Positions 22,130 through 33,451 are shown, counted from the stretch's first letter. The stretch is 64,000 nucleotides of DNA from an uncultured Alphaproteobacteria bacterium (GCA_963796775.1 CAWCMZ010000002.1:368066-432065); one strand, 5' to 3'. The notes: generated by a model not told the origin, from the letters alone. Made by a program: numbers and translations.

Positions 22130-23124
22130 GCGAGCCTCTGCCGGAGCGTCTGCTTGAAGGTGTCGAGCAGCACGGCGGCGAGCACCAGGAGGCCGTGGAT
22201 GACCTGGGTTGAGGTCGCAGGCAGGCCCATGAGATTGATGGCGGTGTTGATCGACGAAAGCAGCAGCACGCCGGCATAAACGCCGGGCAGCGCGCCGACG
22301 CCGCCCTTGAGGCTGACGCCGCCGATCACCACGGCGGCAAAGGCATTGAAGAGCAGCCCGATGCCGAGATTTGCGGTGGCGCCGGAGGTGCGGATGGCGA
22401 GCAGCCAGCCCGCGAGGCGCGGCGATTGCGCCTGCCAGCACGAAGGCGATGATCAGGATGCGGTTGACCTTGATGCCGGCGCGGAAGGTGGCGTTCTCGT
22501 TGCCGCCGATCATCATCAGGTGCCGGCCGAACGGCGTCTTGGCCATGATGAAGCGAGAAGATCGACGAAGCAGAGCAATGGCGAGCCATGCCGTGAGCGG
22601 CAGCCCGAGCAGGCGCTGGATGCCGAACCAGCGGATGGCCGGAGCAAGGTCCTGCGCCGAGCGGCCGCCGGAGACGGCCAGCACGATGCCGCGCACCCAG
22701 ATGTAGCTGGCGAGGGTGACGATGAAGGCGTTCATCTTCACCTTGACGATGAGGAAGCCGTTGATGAGCCCGATGGCGCTGCCTACGGCAAGGGCGATGA
22801 GGAGGGATGCGGGAACAGCCAGCCAGTCCGGCGTCAGCTGAATGCCGATGCCGATGCCGGCCGAACAGAAAATGATGCCGACCGCCATGGCGCTGAGCGC
22901 GGCGACCGACTCGACCGACAGATCCATATGGCCGGCGATGATCACCAGCGCGAGCCCGATCGACATCACGCCGAGCACCAGGAGGCCTCGATGATGTTGG
23001 CGAAGATGCCGGGCTGGAAATAGTTGGGGACGAACGCCGAGAAGACCGCCAGCACGACGAGCAGCATGAACCAGACGAGGTTGTCGAGAACGAACTCGAG
23101 GATGCGGCGGGTGTTGGGATTCAT
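22126..23124 (-). CDS. Monosaccharide ABC transporter permease (RbsC type); frameshifted
   Basis: [41 protein letters not shown]. Confidence 0.88.
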
Positions 23125-23151
23125 GGCGGTCCCTGTTGCGCTCATGCGAAG

Positions 23152-23182
23152 GCCGGGGTGGGCGGTTGGCACCCACCCCGGC
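23152..23182 (-). terminator. Stem-loop after the binding-protein gene
   Basis: GCCGGGGTGGG...CCCACCCCGGC perfect inverted repeat. Confidence 0.5.
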
Positions 23183-23187
23183 AAGGT

Positions 23188-24230
23188 TTACTCGATCGAG
23201 TTGACGGTCGACGGTGGGCGGCTTCAGGTTGCCCCAGAAGGCCGGGTCATCGACATTGGACTTGTCGATCGCAGCGCCCGGGAGCTTGATGTTTGGCCCC
23301 CAGGCTTCATTGGTAACGGTGCCCTTGAGACCGATAACGTCGTACTCGCCCGGCTTGATTTCTGCCTTGGCCACGATCTTGTCCATGAACATGGCGACGG
23401 CCGCGGCCTGGGCATAGAGCGGCTGCTCGACCTCGACGTTGAGCCAGCCCTTGCGGATCAGGTCGAGACCGACCGGAGCGCCGTTCGAGCTCATCAGCAT
23501 GATGTCGCCCGGCTTCTTGCCAGCCGACTTCGAGCGACGCAACCACGGCGACCGAGAGATGCGCGGCGTGCGAGAAGATCAGGTCGATATCGGGATTGGC
23601 GACCAACTGGTCGGCAGCGATCGTGCCGGCATTGCTGGCCTCCCACTGCATGGCGGGCAGCGAGATGATCTTGACGTCGGGGAATGCGGCCATCTTCTCC
23701 TCGAAGCCCTTCTGGATGTCGAGGGTGTAGGGATCGCCCGGGTCGCCGAGAACCTGCAGCACCTTGCCCTTCACCGAGCCGTATTTTGCGGTGAGCAGTT
23801 TTTCGGCCTGCTCGGCGGCGACGTAGCCGATCTCGACGGTGCCGGCGACCGAGGTGAAGGCCGACGGCGTCGAGGTGATCTGGCGGTCGAACTCGACCAC
23901 CGGGATACCGGCCGCCATGGCGGCTTCGATCGAGGGCTTCAGCGCATTGAAGTCGACCGCCGCGAGAATGATCGCCGCAGGCTTCAGCGCAATGACGTCG
24001 TTCATCTGCGACTGCTGGGTATCGGTCTTGTTGTCGGCATTCAGCGTTTGCATCTCGTAGCCGACCTGCTTGAGGAACATCTCCAGCGCCGAGACCGAGC
24101 CGGTCTGGAATTCGTCGAGCAGAGTCGGCACGAGGTAGTAGACCTTGCCCTTGGTCTGGGCCCAGGCCGGCGTCAGCAGGGCGAGGGCCACTGCGACGAC
24201 GCCGAAGACGGATAGAAGTATTCGCTTCAT
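23188..24230 (-). CDS. Monosaccharide ABC transporter substrate-binding protein (RbsB type); frameshifted
   Basis: [10 protein letters not shown] signal peptide, [18 protein letters not shown]. Confidence 0.88.
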
Positions 24231-24271
24231 TTCGTTCGCTCCTGTCTTGCCGGATTCCCTGTCATTGCCCC

Positions 24272-25041
24272 TCAGCCCGCCGGTCCGGCACCGGCGAGGG
24301 TTTCCCCGGTGATCATACCGATCACCGCATCGGGACTTGTATCCTTGCGCTGCCACATCGCCGGCCACGACGCCCTGGCGGATCACCACGATCCGGTCGG
24401 CAACCTGGAAGGCCTGCTGCATGATGTGTGTGATGATGACGACGCCGATGCCCTGACTGGCGACGGCGCGGATCATATCGAGGCCGCGCCGCGTCTGCTC
24501 GACGCCCAGCGCGGCAAAGGGCTCGTCGAGGAGCACCAGCTTGCCGCCCCAGTGGACGAAGCGGTTGAGCTCGATCGCCTGGCGCTGGCCGCCTGACAGG
24601 TGCTCGACCTTGGTGCGGAGCGAGGGGATGCGCGTGCCGGCGTCTGTCGAGCGCCTTGGCGACCACTTCTTCCATGGCCTTTTCGTCGAGGATGGGAATG
24701 CCCAGCACCTTCCGCGTGAGTTCGCGGCCCATGAAGAAATTGGCGACAACGTCGACATTGGTGCAGAGCGACAGGTCCTGGTAGACGGTCTCGATGCCGG
24801 CGGCCTTGGCCTCGGACGGGGACTTGGCGAGGAATTCGCGGCCCTCGAACAGCATGCGGCCCGACGTCGGCTCCAGCCCGCCGGCGATGATCTTGACCAG
24901 CGTCGACTTGCCGGCGCCGTTGTCGCCGAGCAGCGCCACGACCTCGCCCTTGCCGATGGTGAAGCTGATGCCCTTGAGCGCTTCGATGGCGCCGTAGTTC
25001 TTGTTGATGTTGTCGAGGACGAGCAGCGGTTCGAAACTCAT
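24272..25041 (-). CDS. Monosaccharide ABC transporter ATP-binding protein; frameshifted
   Basis: [31 protein letters not shown]. Confidence 0.9.
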
Positions 25042-26209
25042 GCGGCGAGCCCCTTGCAGCGGGTCGGCGTCGGCGCCAAACATCTGGCCGAACTGCGGGG
25101 ACAGGACACCGGCGACGGCAAGCGCCGCAGCGCCGCGCAGCACCGTATGCTGGCCGCCGTCCGACGAGGATCAGCCGCGGGGCGGCCGGTTGCGGCGCGC
25201 GGAGACCGAGTTGGCGAGATCGGGCGACGGCGGTCGGCGAGTTCGCTCAAGCAGCGTTTCCGATGCGAGGCCGCCCAGCACGATGGTCTCGGGGTCGAAC
25301 AGGTTCTCGATGGTGGTGATCGCGTTGCCCGGAACACGTGAGCGACCGAACCTGCCCAGGCGCGCGCCGTGCTGCCGCGCGGGCGGCGCCCAAAGGCCTC
25401 GAGCGAGACATAGCGCTCAAGGCAGCCGCGATTGCCACACGGACACGGCTCGCCATCGGGGACCAGCGGGATGTGGCCGATTTCGCCGGCATTGCCCCAG
25501 GCTCCGCGCAGCGGCGCGCCGTCATGCACCATGGTGCCGCCCAGACCGACGCCGAAATAGAGGTAGTAGAAATCGGCAAACTCGGCGCCGCGGCCATAGA
25601 GCCTGCTCGCCAAGCGCCGCGGCTGCCATATCGGCTTCGATGAAGGCGGGCAGACCGGTGGCGGCGGCGAGCCTGTCGCGTAAGGGCGACGTTGCCCCAG
25701 CCCGCCATCGTAGTGGGGCCGACGAAGCTCATCGACTCGACATCGAACGGGACCGGGCAGCGCGAGGCCGACGCCGAGGAGGCGAGCGCCACGGCTGCGG
25801 CCGCGCGGAGTTCACCGGCCAACTCCGCTGATCAGGGCGAAGGCCTGGTCGGGGGAGGCCTGCGGGGCCGCTCGTTCGCCGCTCGCGACGACTTCGCCCG
25901 CGAGATTGACCAGCGCGGCCTCAATGCCGAGCGGAGTCAGGTGGATGCCGATGGCGTAGCCGCCATCGGGGTTGATCCGCAGAGTCGGAAGGCGGCAGGC
26001 CGCGGCCCTTCGGCTCCTCGCGGAGCGACAGGATGAGACCCTGCCTCCTCGAGTTCGCGGATGATCGTCGAAACCGTCTGCACCGTAAGGCCGACTTCCG
26101 CCGGCAATGTCGGCCGCGCGTCGTCGGCTCCGCTCCGCCGGATCGCTTCGAGCACGATCCGCCGATTATACGGCCGTCCGAACTCTTGGTTCGTGCCTTT
26201 GAGGGCCAC
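25038..26209 (-). CDS. ROK-family transcriptional regulator; heavily frameshifted
   Basis: N-terminal HTH (NRRIVLEAIR, GLTVQTVS), GVGLGG, GNAGEIGHIP, CPCGNRGCLERY. Confidence 0.85.
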
Positions 26210-26454
26210 GCCAACCTCCTGGAATACGAGAGGCTAGGCGCTGAATTGGGATTTAGTCAAATGGTTTTCTGAAATGGCGATCATACACAGGGCGGGCTGA
26301 GCCGGGATGATGGCATCGAGCTCGTACACGCCACAGGCTTTACAACGAAGTGTCAGCGACCAGCGCCAGGCTCCCCCGTGTGGTCCTAAAGATGCTGCCA
26401 AGGCGCTCGCGGTTGACGCCGGCCACGGGCGGGCTATGTCTCGGCACGTCCGAG

Positions 26455-27255
26455 CTAGAGCAGGCCACCGAGCCCCAGGCTGATGGTGGTACCGCCAACG
26501 CTGACTGAAACGCCGTCGCCTCCGCCGACCGAAACGTCGACACTAGTGTTGCCGACCCCGACATCGATAGAGACGCCGCCATCACCCGTACCCACGCTGG
26601 CACTTAGCCCCGCGACGCTAATTCCTGCCGTTCCGCCGTTGCCACCGGCGCTTGAGGTGGAGGTGCGTGCTTGCTTGCCACCGGCTTCGTTGATCGAGGC
26701 TGTACGCCCGCCCCTACCCTTGAGCGCGAGGCCGCCACCCTTGGCCACCGTCGCAGTTTGACCTGCAGGGACGAGCGCACGCGCGCCGGTCGCGATGTCG
26801 GTTACCTCGACGCGCCCGCGCGTCACTTGGACCGAGGCTTTCCGGTCGCCCGAGGTGACGATGAAATGGGTGCCTTTGACCGCCGCGGCGAGATACGGTG
26901 TTTCCACGGCAAAGTGCTGAACATTCTGCACCTCTGCCTCAACCTCGACCGTGCCGAAAGACTGCTCGACCGTGGTGAAGCGTTTGCCCGCTCTGTCATG
27001 GATCCGGATTTGCGTGGAACCGCCCAGACTGATGACCTCCGCGTCGCGCTGGAAATCGACCCTGCCATTGCCAAGTGTGCGCACCACCCGGTCATCCGAC
27101 ACCACGTCGCCGCGCTGCAGCCTGGTCCAGTCGCCATTGACGAGCTGCAGGACGGCACCCCGCAGCTTGACCGCCACCCAGTCGTCGGCAAGTGCCGGAA
27201 GCGGCAGCATGGCTAGAAGAGCAATGGCAAGGATTGTCAATGTTCTGGTCAGCAT
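26455..27255 (-). CDS. Secreted FecR-domain protein with Gly/Ser/Val-rich tail
   Basis: Signal peptide ..LPALA/DDW, FAVETPYLAAAVKGTHFIV, VQVTRGRVEV. Confidence 0.75.
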   Translation of the reverse strand: MLTRTLTILAIALLAMLPLPALADDWVAVKLRGAVLQLVNGDWTRLQRGDVVSDDRVVRTLGNGRVDFQRDAEVISLGGSTQIRIHDRAGKRFTTVEQSFGTVEVEAEVQNVQHFAVETPYLAAAVKGTHFIVTSGDRKASVQVTRGRVEVTDIATGARALVPAGQTATVAKGGGLALKGRGGRTASINEAGGKQARTSTSSAGGNGGTAGISVAGLSASVGTGDGGVSIDVGVGNTSVDVSVGGGDGVSVSVGGTTISLGLGGLL

Positions 27256-27475
27256 CGCTTCACCTGGTCGGTCGCCCATGGTCGATGGCTGACATTTGCA
27301 CCACAATCCTGATGGACGATCGACTAACGCCCCAGCCCCGCACTGCCATTGGCATCTTATATTTGCAGGGGTCCGTAATGACCCGGTGAAGCGAACTGCT
27401 AAAATTGTTCGCATACACCCGGCACCCGCGCATTGCGGGGCAATTGTAGTAGGCCGTCGTCTGGCGCGCCCGATG

Positions 27476-28681
27476 CTAGTCGAAGAAGTCAGCATCCCCT
27501 TCCGCCAGATAGGGGCGTGCGGCTTCCGGGATCAATTCGACGCCCATGCCGGGACGGTCGGGGACATCGATCAGGCCGTTCTTTACCGGCATGCCATCAA
27601 AGCCTTCCGTAATATCGTACCAGAACGGCTCGAAGCGCGCCGGATACTCGAATGCGATGAAGTTGTCGGGCAGCGTAGCGCTCATCTGGATCAGTGCGGC
27701 CAGACCGAAGATCCCGTTGGCTGTGCCGTGCGGTGCGACAGCGATGCCATGCAGATCGGCATGCTCGGCGATCCATTTGAGCTCGGCAATGCCACCTACG
27801 TCGCAGGGATCGGGACCGATGACATTGACCGCGTGGCTCTCGATCAGCGCCTTGTAGTTCTGGCGCAGATAAATCTGCTCGCCGGTATGGATCGGCGTTG
27901 TCGTAGCTCGCGTGACTTCGCGATACACGTCCGGGTTCACATAGGGCGAATAGTCGCCGGTGATCATGTCTTCCACCCACATCAGGTGCAGCGGCTCGAG
28001 CGCCCTCGCGAAGCGCAAAGCGTCGTGCGCGAGGTAGCCCGGACCTGCGTCGACGGCGAGATTGTAACCCGGTCCGAGTGCCTTCTTGGCGGCGGTGATG
28101 CAGGCGACCAGGTGCTCGAATCCTTCCTGCGTCAGGAGGCCCTTGTGCGGATAGGGATAAGGCGCATCTTCCTGCACCTCGCCGTAGAAATAGTTCGGAA
28201 AGTCTCTCACCATCGAAGAGTGGAAGGAGGTCGGCAGCTTGAAAAGTGTGAAGCCGCCCGGCAGAGCCTTGCCGTATTCCGCCCACTTCACATAGTCCTC
28301 GGGCGTGTGGCCGACCTTGAGCTCCTGCTGATAGAGCGTGCGATAGGTGCGCACCTGGTCGCGGACCTTGCCGCCGAGCAGCCGGTAGACGGGCACGCCG
28401 GCCGCCTTGCCGGCAATGTCCCACAGCGCATGCTCAATGGAGCTGACGGCCGCGCCGAACGGCTTGAACCCGCCACGCACGCGGATGCGCCGGACCACGC
28501 GTTCCACATCCCGCGGATCCTGTCCCACCAGCCACGATTTGAGCTGCAGCACGAGTGCCTGCATGTAGGGCTTTGGCGTCTCGATCTGGCTCCAACCGGT
28601 GATCCCCTCGTCGGTGGTGATCCGGATGACCGGGCTGCTGGCGATGACGGCACATTTGATATCCGTGATCTTCACGGGCAA
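27476..28681 (-). CDS. Mandelate racemase/muconate lactonizing enzyme family (acid-sugar dehydratase-like)
   Basis: EHALWDIAGKAAGVPVYRLLGGKVRD, WVEDM, PIHTGEQ, PDRPGMGVE. Confidence 0.9.
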   Translation of the reverse strand: MPVKITDIKCAVIASSPVIRITTDEGITGWSQIETPKPYMQALVLQLKSWLVGQDPRDVERVVRRIRVRGGFKPFGAAVSSIEHALWDIAGKAAGVPVYRLLGGKVRDQVRTYRTLYQQELKVGHTPEDYVKWAEYGKALPGGFTLFKLPTSFHSSMVRDFPNYFYGEVQEDAPYPYPHKGLLTQEGFEHLVACITAAKKALGPGYNLAVDAGPGYLAHDALRFARALEPLHLMWVEDMITGDYSPYVNPDVYREVTRATTTPIHTGEQIYLRQNYKALIESHAVNVIGPDPCDVGGIAELKWIAEHADLHGIAVAPHGTANGIFGLAALIQMSATLPDNFIAFEYPARFEPFWYDITEGFDGMPVKNGLIDVPDRPGMGVELIPEAARPYLAEGDADFFD

Positions 28682-28782
28682 CCTCCTCAGAATGCTCGTC
28701 CAAGACTTGCTGCTTTGGCGGCGTTTGTCGACCAGTCGAGTGGATTATTTTGGGATGTGTATCGGCCGGTTCCGCCGCACGG

Positions 28783-29649
28783 CTAGCGCGGGCTGAATAT
28801 GGCCCGCATCAGACCATCGGGGCGGCGGAAGGCCACGATGTCCTCGCTATGATCCGGGTCGCTGCGCACTGCGGCGACCAATCGGGCGCGCAACTGCTCC
28901 CAGCCGGTGGGCTGGATGCGGCTTGAAGACTGGTCGATGAGTGCAGCTGCGAATCCATGCCCAGCCAAGAGGTCGATCAAGCGGCCAAGGCTGGCCCCGG
29001 CGTCCTCGAGCATCGTGGGCGCGATCTCGCAGACCAGGACGATGTCGTGCGGGTGATCGCGCAGCAGCCCCCGTCCGCCCTCGAGCACGTGCCACTCACT
29101 GCCCTGTACATCCAGCTTGATGACCAGCGGCAGACCCCTCACTCCCTGATAGTCGTCCAGGCGCCGGATTGGGACTACTACCGACCTACGGCCCGAGCGC
29201 GACCCCAGCCGATGATCACCCAGATTCGTTGGGTTGAGATTGAGGTGCTGACGCCCGGTGCGATCGGATAGCGCCCAGGCGTTGACGACAATATTGGTGA
29301 GCCCGCTAAGTGCCACATTTGCGCGCAGCCGGCGCAGATTCGCTTGCTCGGGCTCGAAGCTGTGGATGCGGCCGCGGCTGCCGAGCTTGTGTGCCGCGAT
29401 GATCGTGTGCCAGCCGATATTGGCGCCCACATCGAGCATGTCGGCGCGCGCATCCAGGAGATTCAGAAGCAGCGCACTCGTCGCCGCTTCCCACATGCCG
29501 TCGCGGCAGATCGTCCGGGAAACGATGGTGTCGTTTGCCCCATGCATTTCGAAACGGAACGACGGGAGCCCGCTGATGCTGATGGTCCGCCTGCGCGGTA
29601 ACGCGGCGAGCAGGGGAGCATTGATCAGCCGGCCGAATAGTTTGCCCAT
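28783..29649 (-). CDS. FkbM-family SAM methyltransferase
   Basis: LDVGANIGWHT, SFEPE, IKLDVQGSE. Confidence 0.9.
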   Translation of the reverse strand: MGKLFGRLINAPLLAALPRRRTISISGLPSFRFEMHGANDTIVSRTICRDGMWEAATSALLLNLLDARADMLDVGANIGWHTIIAAHKLGSRGRIHSFEPEQANLRRLRANVALSGLTNIVVNAWALSDRTGRQHLNLNPTNLGDHRLGSRSGRRSVVVPIRRLDDYQGVRGLPLVIKLDVQGSEWHVLEGGRGLLRDHPHDIVLVCEIAPTMLEDAGASLGRLIDLLAGHGFAAALIDQSSSRIQPTGWEQLRARLVAAVRSDPDHSEDIVAFRRPDGLMRAIFSPR

Positions 29650-29743
29650 GGCTTGGTGTAGGGCATGGGGTCGCCCGCGGGAAGGGGAGGGACGCTAGCC
29701 TGTTTCGGCAGGAGGTCCAGACCGTTGGCATGTCTCGCCACCG

Positions 29744-31303
29744 ATGCTAGCTGCTGTTGTATTCCGTTTCGTCGCACGCAATGATCCGCTGATGATTGAC
29801 ACCACGACCCTCGAGGCGAGCCTGTCGAAGCTTGCGCGCGATCTTCGCGAAAGTCCGGCCGAGTTTCCCAAGGGTCGATTTGCCGGACGTGGCATCGTCA
29901 TCGCGGCTGGTGGCACGACCATCTTCACCAATGCATATGTGCTGGTTTCTGTGTTGCGCAACACGCTGGGGTGCCGTTTGCCAATAGAAGTGTGGCACTT
30001 CGGCGCCGCAGAAATGTCGCCTGCCATGGCCCACCTGCTGGAGGATCTGCAGGTCAAGGTTATCGACGCCGTGCCCCGGATAGCGGCCGCCGGAGTGAAT
30101 TTACGAGATGGCTGGCAGCTGAAATCATTCTGCCTCGCCCACTCGGGCTTCGCCGAATGCCTGCTGCTCGACGCCGACCAGGTGCCCGTTGTCGACCCGA
30201 CCGGCGTTTTCGGCTGGCCGGAGTACCGGGAGACGGGAGCGGTATTTTGGCCGGACATTGTTGCCATCCGCCGCGCGAGCCCGGTGTGGGACTTAATGGG
30301 TCTCGCGCCGGAGCAGCCGGAAATCTCCTTCGAAAGCGGCCAGATTCTTGTCGACAAGCGCCGCCATTGGCGCGCTCTTTCGATCGCCATCGGTCTCAAT
30401 GCGGCGGCCGATTTGACCTATCGCCTCGTCTATGGAGACAAGGATACTTTCCTCCTTGCCTGGCGGCTCGCGGGCGAGCCGTTCAGTTTCATTCCGCATC
30501 TGCCCTTCCGCGGCGACAACTGCCTGTTTCAGCGCGATTTCGACGGCAAGACCCTGTTCCAGCACCGCACCACAGGCAAGTGGTCGTATGCGGCCGATGA
30601 GCAGCCGACCGAAGGATTTCGCCATTTCGACGCCTGCGTCGCAGCCCTGACCGAATTGCGGAAGCGCTGGAACGGGCGTGTATTCAACCCGCCCGATCGC
30701 TCTGCTGCGGCACGCCAGGCGGAGGTCGACCTCATCGAGACCGGCCGTTTCAGGCTCGAAATTGTCGGGGAGGAAAACGACGAAATCGAACTGCTGCAGT
30801 TCGGCGAGCTCGGCCATGGCAGGTCTGGGTTCAGGCAGAATTGGTGGTGCGAAGAGGCGGGGGGCAGCGTTGAGCTCCTGTTGCGGGATGGCGATCGGAT
30901 CACCTACCGTCTGGCGCGACAGGACGACGGCAGCTGGGAAGGGCGGCATTATCTGCGGAACCCCCGGGCCGTAGTGCTGCGTCCCGCCGGTTTCGGCATG
31001 CAGCCGGCCAAGGATGGCGCAGCTGGTCTCGCCGATACTCTGTTGCGTGCCATCGGGTACCCTCACCAGTCCGACGAGGAGTGGGCGACGCACCGTCCGG
31101 CGCTCGTGCTGGTTGCCACATCCGATCCCGGCGTCGCCCGGCAACTCCGCCAGATTGCCGACAGTGTGGAGGCATCAACGGCCGGACCTCTGACCGAGCT
31201 GGTCGACGCGCTGGAGCAGCAGCAGGTGGTGACCCGCATCGCCAACGACTTTGGCGCGGTGCGCAGGCACTACCGTTCGTTGATCGATGACGGGAATGGT
31301 TAG
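29744..31303 (+). CDS. GT71-like (Mnn2/Mnn5-type) glycosyltransferase with C-terminal extension; alternative start 29792
   Basis: GRGIVIAAGG, LPIEVW, GWQLK, LLLDADQVP..DP, GAVFWPD, ESGQILVDKRRHW, YGDKDTF. Confidence 0.82.
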   Translation: MLAAVVFRFVARNDPLMIDTTTLEASLSKLARDLRESPAEFPKGRFAGRGIVIAAGGTTIFTNAYVLVSVLRNTLGCRLPIEVWHFGAAEMSPAMAHLLEDLQVKVIDAVPRIAAAGVNLRDGWQLKSFCLAHSGFAECLLLDADQVPVVDPTGVFGWPEYRETGAVFWPDIVAIRRASPVWDLMGLAPEQPEISFESGQILVDKRRHWRALSIAIGLNAAADLTYRLVYGDKDTFLLAWRLAGEPFSFIPHLPFRGDNCLFQRDFDGKTLFQHRTTGKWSYAADEQPTEGFRHFDACVAALTELRKRWNGRVFNPPDRSAAARQAEVDLIETGRFRLEIVGEENDEIELLQFGELGHGRSGFRQNWWCEEAGGSVELLLRDGDRITYRLARQDDGSWEGRHYLRNPRAVVLRPAGFGMQPAKDGAAGLADTLLRAIGYPHQSDEEWATHRPALVLVATSDPGVARQLRQIADSVEASTAGPLTELVDALEQQQVVTRIANDFGAVRRHYRSLIDDGNG

Positions 31304-32555
31304 GCCGAAGGCACTCTTCATTGCTCCGGCCGCGCCGGCCCGCACCGGCAACGGCCTTGCAATGCGGCTCGGGACGTTCCTCGACGCGATGACCAAAGTC
31401 GCCGACACCGAACTGCTGATTTTGCCGGTCTCAGGACCTCCCCCCGAAGCAGAAGAACTGGCGAACGCATTCGGCGTCGCGGCGACGACGATCCCGGTCG
31501 CGGGACGCGCCGATACGCATTTGGCGCTCATCTCCCTGCTGGGCTCGCCGGCCCAAAAGCTGGCCGCCTTCGAGGCGTACGGCAGGGGCAGCCGCCATGC
31601 CTCGCTTTCCCTCCCGGTACTTGCCAATGTCCGTGACTTCGCCGCGGATCGCCAGTTCGACCTGCTTCACGTCGGGCGGCTCTACATCGCTGACGCCGCA
31701 TCGGCGGTTGTGGCGCCGACATGCACCCTCGATCTTGACGAGGACGACGCCTCGGCCTGGCGCCGCCGCGCCGGACTTGCGCGTGTCGCCGGTGAAACGG
31801 ACCTCGCGGACTGGTCCGAGGCCGAGGCGCGCGCCGAGGATTCGCTCCTCCACCGCGTGGCCGCGCGCTTCGACGCCCTGTTTATCGCAGGAGGTGCAGA
31901 CCGTGACCGGCTGACGGCGCGACACCCTGAGTTGGTCCCCGAAATCGTGGTCAATTCCGTCGCCTTTCCACCGGCATCGCGCCGCGATGATGACGGCAAA
32001 ACCGTCGTGTTTGTCGGCAGCCTGGGCTACGCCCCAAATGCCGAGGGGTTGGCCTGGTTTGCAAACGAGGTTCTCCCCGAAATCGCCGCCGTTACGCCCA
32101 TGCGGCTGCGGATCGTCGGGCGCGGCATGTCCCCGGCGGTGTCCGCGCTGCGAGGCCATGCGAACATTGATCTCATCGGCGAGGTCGTCGACGTTGCAGC
32201 AACATACAAGGACGCAACCATTGCCATTGCGCCTCTGCACTCGGGCGGAGGGACGCGCATCAAGCTGATCGAGGCGGCGGCCTTCGGCGTTCCCATTGTC
32301 TCCACCACTTTGGGTGCCGAGGGCCTAGATCTCGGATCTGATGCGATGTGGTGTGCTGACAATGCTGCCGGGTTCGCGGCCGCGATCATTGCCGCCCTCT
32401 CAGATCCAGCGGAGCGGGAGTCACGGGCCCGGAAGGCCTCTCGCGCCGCGCGGCAACTGTATGATCGCGATATGGTGGTCGACGCTTTGGCTTGCCGGTT
32501 TGACGAAATCATCCATAAAGGGCCTCGTCACCTCGCCGGTGACGTTCGTTTCTGA
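31287..32555 (+). CDS. GT4-family glycosyltransferase
   Basis: FVGSLGYAPNAEG, APLHSGGGTRIKLIEAAAFGVPIVST. Confidence 0.88.
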   Translation: MTGMVRPKALFIAPAAPARTGNGLAMRLGTFLDAMTKVADTELLILPVSGPPPEAEELANAFGVAATTIPVAGRADTHLALISLLGSPAQKLAAFEAYGRGSRHASLSLPVLANVRDFAADRQFDLLHVGRLYIADAASAVVAPTCTLDLDEDDASAWRRRAGLARVAGETDLADWSEAEARAEDSLLHRVAARFDALFIAGGADRDRLTARHPELVPEIVVNSVAFPPASRRDDDGKTVVFVGSLGYAPNAEGLAWFANEVLPEIAAVTPMRLRIVGRGMSPAVSALRGHANIDLIGEVVDVAATYKDATIAIAPLHSGGGTRIKLIEAAAFGVPIVSTTLGAEGLDLGSDAMWCADNAAGFAAAIIAALSDPAERESRARKASRAARQLYDRDMVVDALACRFDEIIHKGPRHLAGDVRF

Positions 32556-33398
32556 GAGGCCGCGACGCCCCCTTCGCCAATCATCTGCAGGACGCTGCGG
32601 CGCGAGTACCGGTTGCACCCGCAATCGGAACTTGCGCGCGAGCGCTTTTTGTTCATGTCCGCCGACCCGGCGATCGCCGGCCCCGCGCTCGAAATCTTCG
32701 ATATCGAGATCGGCGAGACGCAGGGGTTCTATCGTGTGGTTCTGCCAAATGGCGCCGTTGCCGAGGGGAGTTCGGCGCATTGTCTGGGCTATCTGCATGG
32801 CCTGATGCTGTGGGACCTGAAGCAGTCGCACGCTGGCAATCCCATGGTGCACGGAGCAACGGTGGTCATCGACGGCAAGCGGCTGCTCATCGTCGCCGGC
32901 AAGGGAACCGGCAAATCGACACTCGCGCTGGGCCTCATGGCGATGGGTCACGACGTCGAGGGCGACGAACACCTCGTTATCGGACAAGATGGCGTGATCG
33001 CGCGCCCCAGGTCCCTCCGCATCAAGCCGCACAGTCTGGAGATGGTCGGCGACCTGCCACCATCCGTCTGGCAGTCGCCGTCTTACCGTACGCCCTATGG
33101 AATGAGACTCTATGCCGTGAGCCCGGCCCTCTTCGGACGGCCCTGGCGCATCACGCCCGGACCGTTGCACAGCCTCGTGTTCGCTGAAGCGAATCACGGC
33201 GGACTCTCAATTGCCACCCCGATGTCGGCTGACGAGGCTTTCCGCCGATTGATGGAAAATGGATATTTCCTTGAGGGCGGCATCGTGCAGATGGCCGGAC
33301 GCCTGCGCCGAATGGTTGCCGAGACCCCCGCCTATCTACTGCGACTTGGAAGCATCAGTTCGGCAGAATGGCACCTCAAAGCAATTGCGGGGTCTTGA
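32556..33398 (+). CDS. HprK-related P-loop kinase (lasso/RiPP-associated type); start uncertain
   Basis: HGATV, Walker A AGKGTGKST, GDE acidic motif. Confidence 0.8.
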   Translation, partial: EAATPPSPIICRTLRREYRLHPQSELARERFLFMSADPAIAGPALEIFDIEIGETQGFYRVVLPNGAVAEGSSAHCLGYLHGLMLWDLKQSHAGNPMVHGATVVIDGKRLLIVAGKGTGKSTLALGLMAMGHDVEGDEHLVIGQDGVIARPRSLRIKPHSLEMVGDLPPSVWQSPSYRTPYGMRLYAVSPALFGRPWRITPGPLHSLVFAEANHGGLSIATPMSADEAFRRLMENGYFLEGGIVQMAGRLRRMVAETPAYLLRLGSISSAEWHLKAIAGS

Positions 33399-33451
33399 CC
33401 CAGCGCGGGGTTTGTTCTGTATTCCTTCTGGTATTTTTAGAGGATTGCGCA

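Noticed and set aside
21352-26209. Programmed frameshifting or mass pseudogenisation
   Set aside because: Indels are numerous, lack slippery-site or structure signals and are not accompanied by nonsense mutations; assembly error is simpler
27296-28786. 496-aa plus-strand ORF (likewise 9681-10835 and 55101-56378)
   Set aside because: Antisense shadows of well-supported genes, common in high-GC DNA
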